A DNA stretch of 64,000 nucleotides from Shimia sp. CNT1-13L.2 (GTDB lineage Bacteria > Pseudomonadota > Alphaproteobacteria > Rhodobacterales > Rhodobacteraceae): positions 46,709 through 110,708 of the forward strand of contig NZ_JANDJO010000005.1 in assembly GCF_024331145.1 (NCBI RefSeq), read 5' to 3'. How positions within the stretch are numbered: position 1 is the stretch's first letter; every line of letters starts with the position of its first letter. The notes beneath the pieces were generated by a model. The model saw nothing but the letters and a program-made list of their open reading frames with translations, did no database searches and had not been told where the DNA came from. Of the stretch, positions 20,262 to 29,741 are shown piece by piece. The position numbers and the translations under genes were made by a program.

Positions 20262-20990
20262 TTATCTGTTCAAATCCCCTCGGGCGATCTGTGCTATCCA
20301 ATGCCTTTCTCTTTCGTTCAGAAGTTCACTAGGGCAGTTTTCGACTAATTTTAGGATAATCGTTCGTTCTAAGGTTACTGCCTCGGCCAACGCTCTATGA
20401 ATTTCTCGAAATCCGTCAGGTTTCGATCGCCGGTAAGGCTTGCCATTTAACAAGTTCCGCACGTTTTTATTGTATTCACTTAGCGGTCGGGATTTGCGCG
20501 TGTACTTTCCAACATAGACCCCACGCCCTTCGATTTCCCAAGAGTAGATTCCAGGCTCGCTTATACTCCAGTCGCCGCAAAGCTGCCGAACATCGTTGAG
20601 TTCCGGAAATTCATTTGACGAAGACGTTTTCAAAATTGTGTTTTTAATCTGACGCTCAAGGCGAAACTCATTGGCAGACGTGTCTTCAGAAGGAGCATCT
20701 TCGTAAAAGCGTGCAAACTTCAAGTCTTCAGCACTTCGCCAGACAACTGAGGGTGAAAACCGTCTGTTTGGATCGCCCTTCGGACCACCGCACATATCTC
20801 GAAACTCTTGATATGTCTTTCCATCGCAACTTCTTAGTGCTTCGAATCCTGTGTACAGCTTCGTGCCGGCCTTCACCGTGGATGGGATTTCGTGAGCAAC
20901 AATTTCAATCGTCTTGTGTAGCCTGGGAGAAAGATTGGGGCGGCCCTTCGAAGAACGCATGGCAAACTCAATGATGTTTGAAGAATACAA
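20262..20990 (-). CDS. GIY-YIG nuclease-domain protein with unknown N-terminal domain (AT-rich islet)
   Basis: 242 aa, about 47% GC. C-terminal PGIYSWEIEGRGVYVGKYTRKSRP...NERERHWIAQ matches GIY-(x9-11)-YIG...R...E catalytic motif; N-terminal about 130 aa unrecognised. Confidence 0.6.
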   Translation of the reverse strand: MYSSNIIEFAMRSSKGRPNLSPRLHKTIEIVAHEIPSTVKAGTKLYTGFEALRSCDGKTYQEFRDMCGGPKGDPNRRFSPSVVWRSAEDLKFARFYEDAPSEDTSANEFRLERQIKNTILKTSSSNEFPELNDVRQLCGDWSISEPGIYSWEIEGRGVYVGKYTRKSRPLSEYNKNVRNLLNGKPYRRSKPDGFREIHRALAEAVTLERTIILKLVENCPSELLNERERHWIAQIARGDLNR

Positions 20991-21169
20991 AACGTTCTAC
21001 ATTAGCTTAACAAGTAACAAAAGAGACCTGCCCGTTTGGCGCGTTCAGGCCTCCTAGGTTTCTCAATTCCAGTTTGATTTTCAGCTAGGACCTCTGAGCG
21101 TTTGTCGATCACCTTGCACCTGCCCCCCTCAACGCCTAGTAAGGCATAAGCAAATAAGGGAGAGCACGT

Positions 21170-22399
21170 ATGCGTCGTGTCGTCGTCACCGGACTGGGCA
21201 TCGTTTCGTCCATCGGCAACAATGCCGAAGAGGTCACCGCCTCGCTGAAAGCGGGTAAATCGGGCATCGTGGCCAGCCCCGAAATGGCGGAACATGGCTT
21301 CCGCAGCCAGATCGCCGGTACCCTCAAGATCGACATCAAGGAACATGTCGACAAACGCGCCCTGCGTTTCATGGGCGACGGTGCGGCCTATGCCCATATC
21401 GCCATGAGCCAGGCCATCGCTGACGCGGGTCTCAGCGAAGATCAGGTCGTGAACGAACGCACCGGCCTTGTTGCCGGTTCGGGCGGCCCCTCGACCTCGG
21501 CGATGCTGACCGCGCACCAGACCGTGCTGAAAACCGGCGCGACCAAGCGCATCGGCCCCTTCGCGGTGCCGAAATGCATGTCCTCGACGATCTCGGCCAA
21601 CCTCGCGACCGCCTTCAAGATCAAGGGCATCAACTACTCGATCACCTCGGCCTGCTCGACCTCGCTGCACTGCATCGGCAACGCGGCGGAACAGATCATG
21701 ATGGGCAAACAGGACGTGATGTTCGCCGGTGGTGGCGAAGAACTCGACTGGACCCTGTCCTGCCTGTTCGACGCGATGGGCGCGATGTCGTCGAAATACA
21801 ACGACGCCCCCGAAACCGCCTCGCGCGCCTTCGACGAAAGCCGTGACGGTTTCGTCATCTCCGGCGGTGGCGGCATCGTGGTTCTCGAAGACCTCGAGCA
21901 CGCACTGGCCCGTGGTGCCAAAATCTATGCCGAAGTGACCGGCTTTGCCGCCACCTCGGACGGCCACGACATGGTTGCACCCTCCGGTGAAGGCGGCGAA
22001 CGCGCCATGCGCCTCGCCCTGCAAACCCTGCCCGAAGGCCGCAAGGTCGACTATATCAACGCCCACGGCACCTCGACCCCGGTCGGCGACGTCGGCGAAG
22101 TCGAGGCCGTGCGCCGTGTCTTCGAAGGCAAGGAACAACCGCCGATCTCTTCGACCAAGTCGATGACTGGCCACGCACAGGGCGCCGCCGGCGCACTCGA
22201 AGCCATCTTCTGCCTGCTGATGCTCGACGGTGACTTCATCACCCCGTCGATCAACGTCGAAAACCAGGACCCGGCCATCAACGACGGCGAAATCGCCACC
22301 AAGCTGGTCGAAAACGCGGGCCTCGACAGTGTCATGACCAACAGCTTCGGCTTCGGCGGCACCAACGGTTCGATGATCCTGTCCAAGTACAAGGGCTGA
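21170..22399 (+). CDS. fabB: 3-oxoacyl-ACP synthase I
   Basis: 409 aa; active-site Cys in SACSTSLHCIG, His/His motifs INAHGTSTPVGD and TGHAQGAAG. Confidence 0.95.
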   Translation: MRRVVVTGLGIVSSIGNNAEEVTASLKAGKSGIVASPEMAEHGFRSQIAGTLKIDIKEHVDKRALRFMGDGAAYAHIAMSQAIADAGLSEDQVVNERTGLVAGSGGPSTSAMLTAHQTVLKTGATKRIGPFAVPKCMSSTISANLATAFKIKGINYSITSACSTSLHCIGNAAEQIMMGKQDVMFAGGGEELDWTLSCLFDAMGAMSSKYNDAPETASRAFDESRDGFVISGGGGIVVLEDLEHALARGAKIYAEVTGFAATSDGHDMVAPSGEGGERAMRLALQTLPEGRKVDYINAHGTSTPVGDVGEVEAVRRVFEGKEQPPISSTKSMTGHAQGAAGALEAIFCLLMLDGDFITPSINVENQDPAINDGEIATKLVENAGLDSVMTNSFGFGGTNGSMILSKYKG

Positions 22400-22418
22400 T
22401 CCGGCCAGATCAACATCA

Positions 22419-22447
22419 GGGCGGGGATTTCCCCGCCCTTTTCTTTT
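22419..22447 (+). terminator. rho-independent terminator after fabB
   Basis: GGGCGGGG-ATTT-CCCCGCCC followed by TTTTCTTTT. Confidence 0.7.
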
Positions 22448-22561
22448 GGGAGACAGGCCAGGGCATCCATGCCCGCCAGTCCCGCGCAGCCCAAGCCTCC
22501 GACTTGACCCGCCCCCGCAAAGCCGCCATTCCGGTCTTACCAAGACAAAGGACCTGACGAC

Positions 22562-23350
22562 ATGCAGCCACTGTCCGGCAAACGCGGCCTCATCATGGGT
22601 GTCGCCAACGAGCGTTCCATCGCATGGGGCATTGCCAAGGCCATGTCCGAGGCCGGCGCGGAGCTGGCCTTCACCTATCAGGGCGAAGGCTTTGGCAGAC
22701 GGGTCCGCCCGCTGGTGCAAAGCCTTGGCGCGGATTTCATGGTCGATGTCGACGTCACCGACGACGCCTCGCTGGACGAGGCCTTTGATCAGCTCTCGGC
22801 CAAATGGCCCACCCTCGATTTCATCGTCCATGCCATCGCCTTTTCCGACCGTGATGAGCTGACCGGGCGGTTCCTCGACACCAGCCGTGACAACTTCAAG
22901 ACCTCGCTGGACATCTCCTGTTACTCGCTGATCGACGTGGCCCGCCGCGCGCACCCGATGATGCGGGAAAACGGCGGCACGATCCTGACCCTGACCTACC
23001 AGGGGTCCACCCGCGTGACGCCATTCTACAACGTGATGGGCGTGGCCAAGGCGGCGCTGGAATCCACCACCCGCTACCTTGCCAACGATCTCGGCCCCGA
23101 CGGCATCCGCGTGAACGCGATCTCCCCCGGCCCGATGAAAACCCTCGCCGGTGCGGTGATCGGCGGCGCACGCAAGACCTTCCGCCAGACCGAGGAAAAC
23201 GCCCCGCTGCGCGCCAACGCCACGCTCGAGGCCATCGGCGGCACCGCCGTCTACCTCGCCTCCGAGGCCGGCGCCTGCACTACCGGCGAAATCATCCGCG
23301 TTGACGGCGGCTACCATGTTCTCGGCATGCCGCAATCCGAGAACCTCTAG
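22562..23350 (+). CDS. fabI: enoyl-ACP reductase (NADH), SDR family
   Basis: 262 aa; GVANERSIAWGIAKA N-terminus, catalytic Y...K in SYSLIDVARRA.../VMGVAKAALE. Confidence 0.9.
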   Translation: MQPLSGKRGLIMGVANERSIAWGIAKAMSEAGAELAFTYQGEGFGRRVRPLVQSLGADFMVDVDVTDDASLDEAFDQLSAKWPTLDFIVHAIAFSDRDELTGRFLDTSRDNFKTSLDISCYSLIDVARRAHPMMRENGGTILTLTYQGSTRVTPFYNVMGVAKAALESTTRYLANDLGPDGIRVNAISPGPMKTLAGAVIGGARKTFRQTEENAPLRANATLEAIGGTAVYLASEAGACTTGEIIRVDGGYHVLGMPQSENL

Positions 23351-24402
23351 GCCGCCTGCAACTCCGCCACCAGCTGCGCCATGATCTCGGCCGCGCCGCC
23401 ATCGCGGGCGCGCATGGCACCGCTTCCGGCCCATTGTGCCCCGTACCCGCTGGCTCCAGCCTGCTTGGCCGCTGCCATCAGCGCCTTGCTGGCGTCATAG
23501 GTCACCGGATAGGCCGGAACCGTTTCGGTACAAGCTGCGCCCCAGCCCACAAGCGCATTCTGCAAACAGCGAGCCGGACGCCCCGAAATCGTCTTGGTCA
23601 GAACCGGCGGCTGGCAGGCGGGATCGCGCAGGGACGCACGATAATCCGCATCCGCCGCGCTTTCGTCTGAGGCCACGAACGCCGTGCCCAACTGACCCGC
23701 CACGGCCCCCAGCCCAAGAACGCGTGCAATGTCGGCACCCTCCATCAGGCCGCCCGCCGCGATCACCGGCACCTCCAGCACCCCGACAAGCTGCGCGACC
23801 AGCGCCTCAGTGCCCAGCGCCTCATCTTCCGCATCCGGATCAAACACTCCACGATGCCCGCCCGCTTCGATGCCCTGCGCCACAACCGCATCCACACCCG
23901 CCGCCTGACAGGCCAACGCGCTGTCCACCGAGGTCGCCGAGGCCAGCAGCACACAGCCCGCCTCCTTCAGGGCCGCGATCCGCGCCGCATCCGGCAGGCC
24001 GAAATGAAAGCTCACCACCGCAGGACGTGTCTCCAGCAGCACCTCAAGCATGGCATCATCCACAAGGAAGCTCTTGTAGATCTCCGCCAATGCCTTTGGC
24101 GCCTCGGCACCAAACCGGGCAAATTCGGGTGCAAGCGCCTCAAGCCAGCGCCCTTCAATCGCGCTGTCCCGTTCAGCAGGTTCATGACAGAACAGGTTGA
24201 TGTTGAACGGCCGCGTGGTCAGCGCCTGCAGCTCCCGGATCATCTCCCGCGCGCCCTCGGCACTGGCCGCGCCAACCCCGAGCGATCCCAACCCGCCAGC
24301 CGCACAGACGGCGGCGGCCATGCGGGGCGTCGACACCCCTGCCATAGGGGCCTGAATGATCGGATGGGCCACGCCCAGCCTGTCCTGCAACCAATGCGTC
24401 AT
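23347..24402 (-). CDS. nitronate monooxygenase (NMO/2-nitropropane dioxygenase, FabK-like FMN enzyme)
   Basis: 351 aa; IIQAPMAGVSTPRMAAAV and GGHRG motifs of NMO family. Confidence 0.85.
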   Translation of the reverse strand: MTHWLQDRLGVAHPIIQAPMAGVSTPRMAAAVCAAGGLGSLGVGAASAEGAREMIRELQALTTRPFNINLFCHEPAERDSAIEGRWLEALAPEFARFGAEAPKALAEIYKSFLVDDAMLEVLLETRPAVVSFHFGLPDAARIAALKEAGCVLLASATSVDSALACQAAGVDAVVAQGIEAGGHRGVFDPDAEDEALGTEALVAQLVGVLEVPVIAAGGLMEGADIARVLGLGAVAGQLGTAFVASDESAADADYRASLRDPACQPPVLTKTISGRPARCLQNALVGWGAACTETVPAYPVTYDASKALMAAAKQAGASGYGAQWAGSGAMRARDGGAAEIMAQLVAELQAA

Positions 24403-24584
24403 GACGAAATCCTCCCAAAGCCCAGGAAACCCCGCACCCCGACAAAAAGAAAGCCCGCAGAACTACGGCTTGCGCCTGGAACATCAGGGGCGCGCCCGAG
24501 CCTGGGTGGGCGCAAATGCGCCCTCCCGGGGGGAGGGTCGGGCGCGGCCCGGGCGAACCGCCCGAGCCCAGAACATACCCCCAT

Positions 24585-24619
24585 CCCAAACAAAAAGACC
24601 CGCAGCCGCGCCACGGGTC
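24585..24619 (-). terminator. rho-independent terminator after FKBP gene
   Basis: Reverse strand GACCCG-UGGCGCGGCUG-CGGGUC followed by UUUUUGUUUGGG. Confidence 0.6.
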
Positions 24620-24645
24620 TTTTCAAAATCTCGGCGCAAGCCAGA

Positions 24646-25074
24646 TCAGGCGATCTCGACCAGCTCCAGAGCAAAGGTCAGGTCCTTGCCCGCCAGCGCG
24701 TGGTTGGCATCCAGCGTCACCGCCTCTTCGGTGATCTTCACCACGGTCACCGGAACAACCTGGCCGGTCGGTGCCTGCATCTGCAGTTGCAGCCCCACCT
24801 CCAGCGGGATTTCCGCCGGGATCTGCTCGCGCGGGACATCCTGGATCGCTTCCGGATGCGACGGGCCATAGGCCTGGTCACAGGGGATCTCGACGGTCTT
24901 CTTCTCACCCACGCTCATGCCGGTCACGCCCGCATCGAAACCGGGGATCACCTGGCCCGAACCAAGGGTGAATTCCAGCGGCTCACGGCCTTCCGAGCTG
25001 TCGAAAACCGAGCCATCGCTCAGCGTTCCGGTATAGTGGATACGGACCTTATCGCCCGATTTTGCAACAGTCAT
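24646..25074 (-). CDS. FKBP-type peptidyl-prolyl cis-trans isomerase
   Basis: 142 aa; RIHYTGTLSDGSVFDSS...FTLGSGQVIPGFD FKBP core. Confidence 0.9.
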   Translation of the reverse strand: MTVAKSGDKVRIHYTGTLSDGSVFDSSEGREPLEFTLGSGQVIPGFDAGVTGMSVGEKKTVEIPCDQAYGPSHPEAIQDVPREQIPAEIPLEVGLQLQMQAPTGQVVPVTVVKITEEAVTLDANHALAGKDLTFALELVEIA

Positions 25075-25233
25075 GTCTTGTCCAGTTCTGGTTTTGCGGT
25101 CCGGCAGGCAGGTATTTCTACCGAATTGAATTGGCGCACCCTATGCGATCACCCTGTCAAACACAACGGCAGGTCATTCACCCTTTGACAGCCCGCTTCC
25201 AATCGCCACTATGGCCACGAGGGGAGAGACAAA

Positions 25234-25920
25234 ATGGCCATCACAACCTGCATCTTCGATGCCTACGGAACCCTGTTCGACGTCGCCGCCGCCGCCCGCG
25301 AGGCCGCCACCGAGCCGGGCCGCGAAACCTTTGCGACACACTGGCCCAAGGTGGCCGAGAACTGGCGCCTGAAACAGCTGCAATACACCTGGCTGCGCGC
25401 CATCACCGACGCCCACACCGATTTCTGGGAGGTCACCCAGAACGGCCTCGACTGGGCGCTCGAGGCCAGCGGCCTTCAGGGCGATGCCGAGCTGCGCGAA
25501 CGCCTGCTGCAACTCTACTGGGAACTCTCGGCCTACCCCGAGGTGCCCGCCATGCTCGCCGCCCTCAAGGCGCAGGGCATGAACACCGCGATCCTGTCCA
25601 ACGGCTCGCCCGACATGCTGAACGGCGCGGTCCAGAGCGCAGGCGTCGGCGATGTCCTCGACGATGTCCTGAGCGTCGAAAGCGTCGGCATTTTCAAACC
25701 AGACCACCGTGTCTACGACCTCGTCGGTCAGCGGTTCGGCTGCGCCCGCGACGAGGTTCTCTTCGTCTCTTCCAACGGCTGGGACGCTGCCGGGGCCTCC
25801 GGCTACGGGTTTCAGACCGCATGGGTCAACCGCGCCGGCGATCCCGTCGACCGCCTGCCGTGGACACCGCACACAATCCTTTCCGACCTCACCACAATCC
25901 CCGACCTGACAGGAGGCTGA
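25234..25920 (+). CDS. HAD-superfamily type II haloacid dehalogenase-like hydrolase
   Basis: 228 aa; nucleophile motif IFDAYGTLFDV at N-terminus. Confidence 0.8.
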   Translation: MAITTCIFDAYGTLFDVAAAAREAATEPGRETFATHWPKVAENWRLKQLQYTWLRAITDAHTDFWEVTQNGLDWALEASGLQGDAELRERLLQLYWELSAYPEVPAMLAALKAQGMNTAILSNGSPDMLNGAVQSAGVGDVLDDVLSVESVGIFKPDHRVYDLVGQRFGCARDEVLFVSSNGWDAAGASGYGFQTAWVNRAGDPVDRLPWTPHTILSDLTTIPDLTGG

Positions 25921-26760
25921 ATGCCCCGCTTCACCACCACGGACGGCCTGTCCCTTCACTACACCGACGAAGGCACCGGCCTGCCCGTGATCTGCCTCTC
26001 GGGTCTCACCCGCAATGGCAGCGATTTCGACTATGCCCTGCCCGCCTTGCAGGGCACGCGCATCATCCGCCCCGACTATCGCGGCCGGGGCCAGTCCGAC
26101 TGGGCCGAGGATTTCCTCACCTACACTGTCCCGCGCGAGGCGCAGGATGTGCTGGAACTGATGGATCACCTCAAGATCGACAAGGCCGCCTTCCTCGGCA
26201 CCTCGCGCGGCGGCCTGATCTCCCTCACCCTCGCCGCCCTGGCCCGCGACCGGATGCTGGGCGTCTGTTTCGTCGACATCGGCCCGGTGATCGAAACCGG
26301 CGGCCTTGATGTCATCATGGGCTATCTCGGGCGCAATCCGGTCTGGAAAACCCACGACGAAGCCGCCGCCGTCTTCGGCGACCGCATGATCGGCTTTGAT
26401 GGCGTTCCACAATCGCGCTGGCGCGAAGAGGTCGAGAAGCACTTTGTCGAAACCGACACCGGTCTCTCCATCAACTACGATCCCAAACTGCGTGATGCGG
26501 TGCTTGCCACCTACGACCCCAATGCCACGCCCCCCGATCTCTGGCCGCTCTACGCCACCCTGAACGGCATACCTCTCGCGGCCATTCGCGGCGCGAACTC
26601 GGACCTCCTGAGCGCCGACACCCTTGCAACCATGGTGCAACACACGCCCGGCCTGCTCGCGGTTACGGTGCCAAATCGCGGACATGTCCCCTTTCTTGAC
26701 GAAAAGGAATCCGTCACGGTGCTGACGGAATGGATTGCGCAAATGAAAGAGACGCCATGA
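25921..26760 (+). CDS. alpha/beta hydrolase
   Basis: 279 aa; GTSRGG nucleophile elbow; contiguous with upstream gene. Confidence 0.8.
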   Translation: MPRFTTTDGLSLHYTDEGTGLPVICLSGLTRNGSDFDYALPALQGTRIIRPDYRGRGQSDWAEDFLTYTVPREAQDVLELMDHLKIDKAAFLGTSRGGLISLTLAALARDRMLGVCFVDIGPVIETGGLDVIMGYLGRNPVWKTHDEAAAVFGDRMIGFDGVPQSRWREEVEKHFVETDTGLSINYDPKLRDAVLATYDPNATPPDLWPLYATLNGIPLAAIRGANSDLLSADTLATMVQHTPGLLAVTVPNRGHVPFLDEKESVTVLTEWIAQMKETP

Positions 26761-27731
26761 ACATCGACATGATCCGCGCCGCCGCCACCCGCCTTCAGGG
26801 CCACGCGCGCCGGACGCCCCTCTTGTCCTCGCCCTTTCTGGACGAGATCGCGGGCCGCCGCCTCTGGGTCAAACCCGAATGCCTGCAACACACCGGATCG
26901 TTCAAGTTCCGCGGCGGCTGGTCGGCCCTGTCCGCGCTGGATGAAGACACCCGCAAACGCGGCGTGATCGCCTATTCCTCCGGCAACCACGCACAGGGCG
27001 TCGCCTATGCCGCGGCCCAACACGGCGCACCGGCGGTGATCGTCATGCCCGAAGACGCGCCGCAACTGAAGATCGCCAACACCCGCGCCCTTGGCGCCGA
27101 GGTCGTGCTCTATGACCGCGCCGGCGGCGAAAGCCGCGAAGAGGTTGGCTCTGCCATCGCCGAAGACCGTGGCCTCACCCTCATTCGCCCCTACGACGAA
27201 CCCCAAGTCATCGCCGGCCAGGGCACCTGCGGCCTTGAAATCGCCGAACAGGCCAGCGACGCAGGCATCCAGAACGCCGATGTTCTCGTCTGCTGCGGTG
27301 GCGGCGGCCTGACATCCGGCGTTGCCCTCGCGCTCGAGGCCGAGGCCCCCACCCTGCGCGCCCGCACCTGCGAACCGCAGGGCTTTGACGACGTCGCCCG
27401 CTCGCTCACCTCTGGCGGCATCGAACAGAACAACGCCCCTTCCGGCAGCATCTGCGATGCCATCGTGACCCCCTCACCGGGCCAGATCACCTTCCCGATC
27501 ATGCACCGCCTCTGCGGCCCCGGCCTTGTCGTGACGGATGACGAATGCCTGCACGCCATGGCGCTGGCCTTCCTGCGCCTCAAGATCGTGGTTGAACCCG
27601 GCGGCGCTGCCGCCCTCGCCGCCGCCCTGTTCCACAGTGACCAGATCGAAGGCGACGACGTCATCGCCATCTGCACCGGCGGCAACGTCGACCCGGATAT
27701 GTTCCAGACCGCGCTCTCCCGCTTCGCCTGA
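26757..27731 (+). CDS. PLP-dependent threonine/serine dehydratase family enzyme
   Basis: About 324 aa from MNIDMIRAA; PLP-lysine motif HTGSFKFRGG; ATGA overlap with upstream gene. Confidence 0.85.
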   Translation: MNIDMIRAAATRLQGHARRTPLLSSPFLDEIAGRRLWVKPECLQHTGSFKFRGGWSALSALDEDTRKRGVIAYSSGNHAQGVAYAAAQHGAPAVIVMPEDAPQLKIANTRALGAEVVLYDRAGGESREEVGSAIAEDRGLTLIRPYDEPQVIAGQGTCGLEIAEQASDAGIQNADVLVCCGGGGLTSGVALALEAEAPTLRARTCEPQGFDDVARSLTSGGIEQNNAPSGSICDAIVTPSPGQITFPIMHRLCGPGLVVTDDECLHAMALAFLRLKIVVEPGGAAALAAALFHSDQIEGDDVIAICTGGNVDPDMFQTALSRFA

Positions 27732-27741
27732 GGTTTCGCCC

Positions 27742-28935
27742 ATGACCCGCTTCACCATCGCCTCGTTCAACGTCAAGAACCTGATCGGCCCGGATCAGGA
27801 ATACTACCAGTTCCAGACCTACACCCCCGAGGAATACGCCTGGAAAGAAGACTGGATGGCCCAGCAGATCTTTTCGATGGACGCCGATATCATCGGGTTT
27901 CAGGAAATCTTCGAGGAAAAGGCCCTGCGCGATGTCGTGGCCGAGGCCGACCGCATCGGACAGGAAAGCAACGATGCCGTCCTGCCCTCGAAAACCAAGA
28001 GCTACCGCAAAAAGGCGATCTTCCGGAAACTCGGCTACGACAGCTACCGCGACGCAGGCCTTGCCTTTGCCCCGAACGTGAATGACACCGGCCTGCCCGG
28101 CCAGCGCCGCCCCGGCCTCGCCATTCTTTCGCGCCACGGGTTTGTCGGCACCCCCGAAGTGATCCAGCAATTGGATGAACCGCTGGAAATCCCCTTCCGC
28201 GATCTCACCGGCGAAGACGCCGGCTCCTACCGCCTCACCCGCACCTCGCGCCCGATCCTCAAGGCCCGTGTGCCTGTCGGCAACACGGTCATCACCGTCT
28301 TCAACTGCCACCTGAAATCGAAACTCGGCGAATTCGCCAAAGCCCCCGGTGCCGACTTCGCCCCCGAGGCCGATCTCACCCACTATGATCCCGTCGGCCG
28401 CGCCCTCGGCGCCCTGCGCGCCGCAACCCGCCGCATGGCCGAAGCCTGGGTCCTGCGCCGCGAGATCGTGGCCGAACTCGAACAGGGGCACCCGGTCATG
28501 GTGCTGGGCGATTTCAACGACGGCGAACATGCGGTCAGCTCGGAAATCATCTCCGGCGAACAGCCCTTCCGCAACTATGCATGGATGCTGCGCCACGACG
28601 CCAAGGACCACAACGACCGCTACTCGAAAGAGGAAAACACCGCGATCACCAACGCCGTTCTCTCGCATCGCCTGACCAGCGCCGAAAGCCTGTTTGTGCG
28701 CAAGTCCCTGCGCGACATGATCTACACCTCGGCCTTCGGCGGCGTCTACGAAAGCCTTGACCAGATCTACATGTCGCGCCATTTCCATCCTGACAACGCC
28801 GACCGCATCGGCGAGATGGAATACTTCAGCGTCTTCAACGACCACCTGACCGACGGCAGCCACGCCGAAGCGCCCTATAACAAGCTGGCGTCGGACCACG
28901 GACAGGTGATGGCGCATATGCAGATCAAGGATTGA
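27742..28935 (+). CDS. endonuclease/exonuclease/phosphatase (EEP) family protein
   Basis: 397 aa; MTRFTIASFNVKNL EEP-like N-terminus. Confidence 0.7.
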   Translation: MTRFTIASFNVKNLIGPDQEYYQFQTYTPEEYAWKEDWMAQQIFSMDADIIGFQEIFEEKALRDVVAEADRIGQESNDAVLPSKTKSYRKKAIFRKLGYDSYRDAGLAFAPNVNDTGLPGQRRPGLAILSRHGFVGTPEVIQQLDEPLEIPFRDLTGEDAGSYRLTRTSRPILKARVPVGNTVITVFNCHLKSKLGEFAKAPGADFAPEADLTHYDPVGRALGALRAATRRMAEAWVLRREIVAELEQGHPVMVLGDFNDGEHAVSSEIISGEQPFRNYAWMLRHDAKDHNDRYSKEENTAITNAVLSHRLTSAESLFVRKSLRDMIYTSAFGGVYESLDQIYMSRHFHPDNADRIGEMEYFSVFNDHLTDGSHAEAPYNKLASDHGQVMAHMQIKD

Positions 28936-28937
28936 GC

Positions 28938-29741
28938 ATGAACATCGCAGACCTTGGCGACGTCCGCCTCCACTACCGCATCGACGGCGACCCCGATGGC
29001 GCGCCCGTGGTCTTTGCCAACTCGCTTGGCACCGATCTGCGCCTCTGGGATCCGATCCTGCCGCACCTGCCCAAGGGGCTCAGGATCATCCGCTTCGACA
29101 AACGCGGCCACGGTCTCTCCTCCTGCCCGCCCGGCCCCTATTCGATGGGGGCCTTGGTGCGTGACACCGAACGCCTGCTCGACATGCTCGCGGTCAAAGA
29201 CGCGCTCTTTGTCGGCCTCTCCATCGGCGGCATGATCGCGCAGGGCCTCGCCGTGAAACGCCTCGATCTGATCCGCGCCCTTGTCCTGTCCAACACCGCC
29301 GCCAAGATGGGCCTGCCCAAGATGTGGCAGGACCGCATCGACACCGTGAAACGCGACGGGATCGAGGCACTGGCCGATCCCATCATGGAACGCTGGTTCG
29401 GCCGCGATTTCCGCGCGACACCCGAGGTGGACCTCTGGCGCAACATGCTGGTGCGCCAGCCCGTCGAAGGCTACGCCGGGTGCTGCGCCGCCATCAAGGG
29501 CACCGATTTCTACACACCCACCTCCGGCCTGCGCCTGCCCACCCTCGGCATCGCCGGCAGCGAAGACGGCGCCTCGCCCCCCGATCTCGTGCGCGAAACC
29601 GTCGACCTGATCCACGGCTCGAAATTCGAACTGATCCGCCGCGCCGGCCACCTGCCCTGCGTCGAGAAACCCAAGGAATACGCCGCCCTCCTGACCCGCT
29701 TCATCGAAGACACCGGCCACCTGCGAGGCACCGATGGCTGA
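28938..29741 (+). CDS. alpha/beta hydrolase, 3-oxoadipate enol-lactonase (PcaD)-like
   Basis: 267 aa; GLSIGG nucleophile elbow, HLPCVEKP C-terminal His. Confidence 0.8.
   Translation: MNIADLGDVRLHYRIDGDPDGAPVVFANSLGTDLRLWDPILPHLPKGLRIIRFDKRGHGLSSCPPGPYSMGALVRDTERLLDMLAVKDALFVGLSIGGMIAQGLAVKRLDLIRALVLSNTAAKMGLPKMWQDRIDTVKRDGIEALADPIMERWFGRDFRATPEVDLWRNMLVRQPVEGYAGCCAAIKGTDFYTPTSGLRLPTLGIAGSEDGASPPDLVRETVDLIHGSKFELIRRAGHLPCVEKPKEYAALLTRFIEDTGHLRGTDG

Noticed and set aside
21002-23434. 810-aa reverse-strand ORF
   Set aside because: It is antisense to fabB and fabI and Gly/Ala/Arg-rich low-complexity. The same reasoning applies to 51221..53272 (opposite ftsH), 61413..63155 (opposite ruvB/ruvA), 46998..48743 (opposite fhs), 25174..26742, 27661..28917, 14139..15521, 4580..5983, 35408..36448, 39262..40524, 40731..42023, 42453..43430 and 11356..12828.
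24440-24580. G/C-rich run (ccctcccggggggagggtcgggcgcggcccgggcg) as a repeat or G-quadruplex element
   Set aside because: It is a single occurrence in NMO gene upstream DNA with no repeat structure, and it is consistent with the local high GC.
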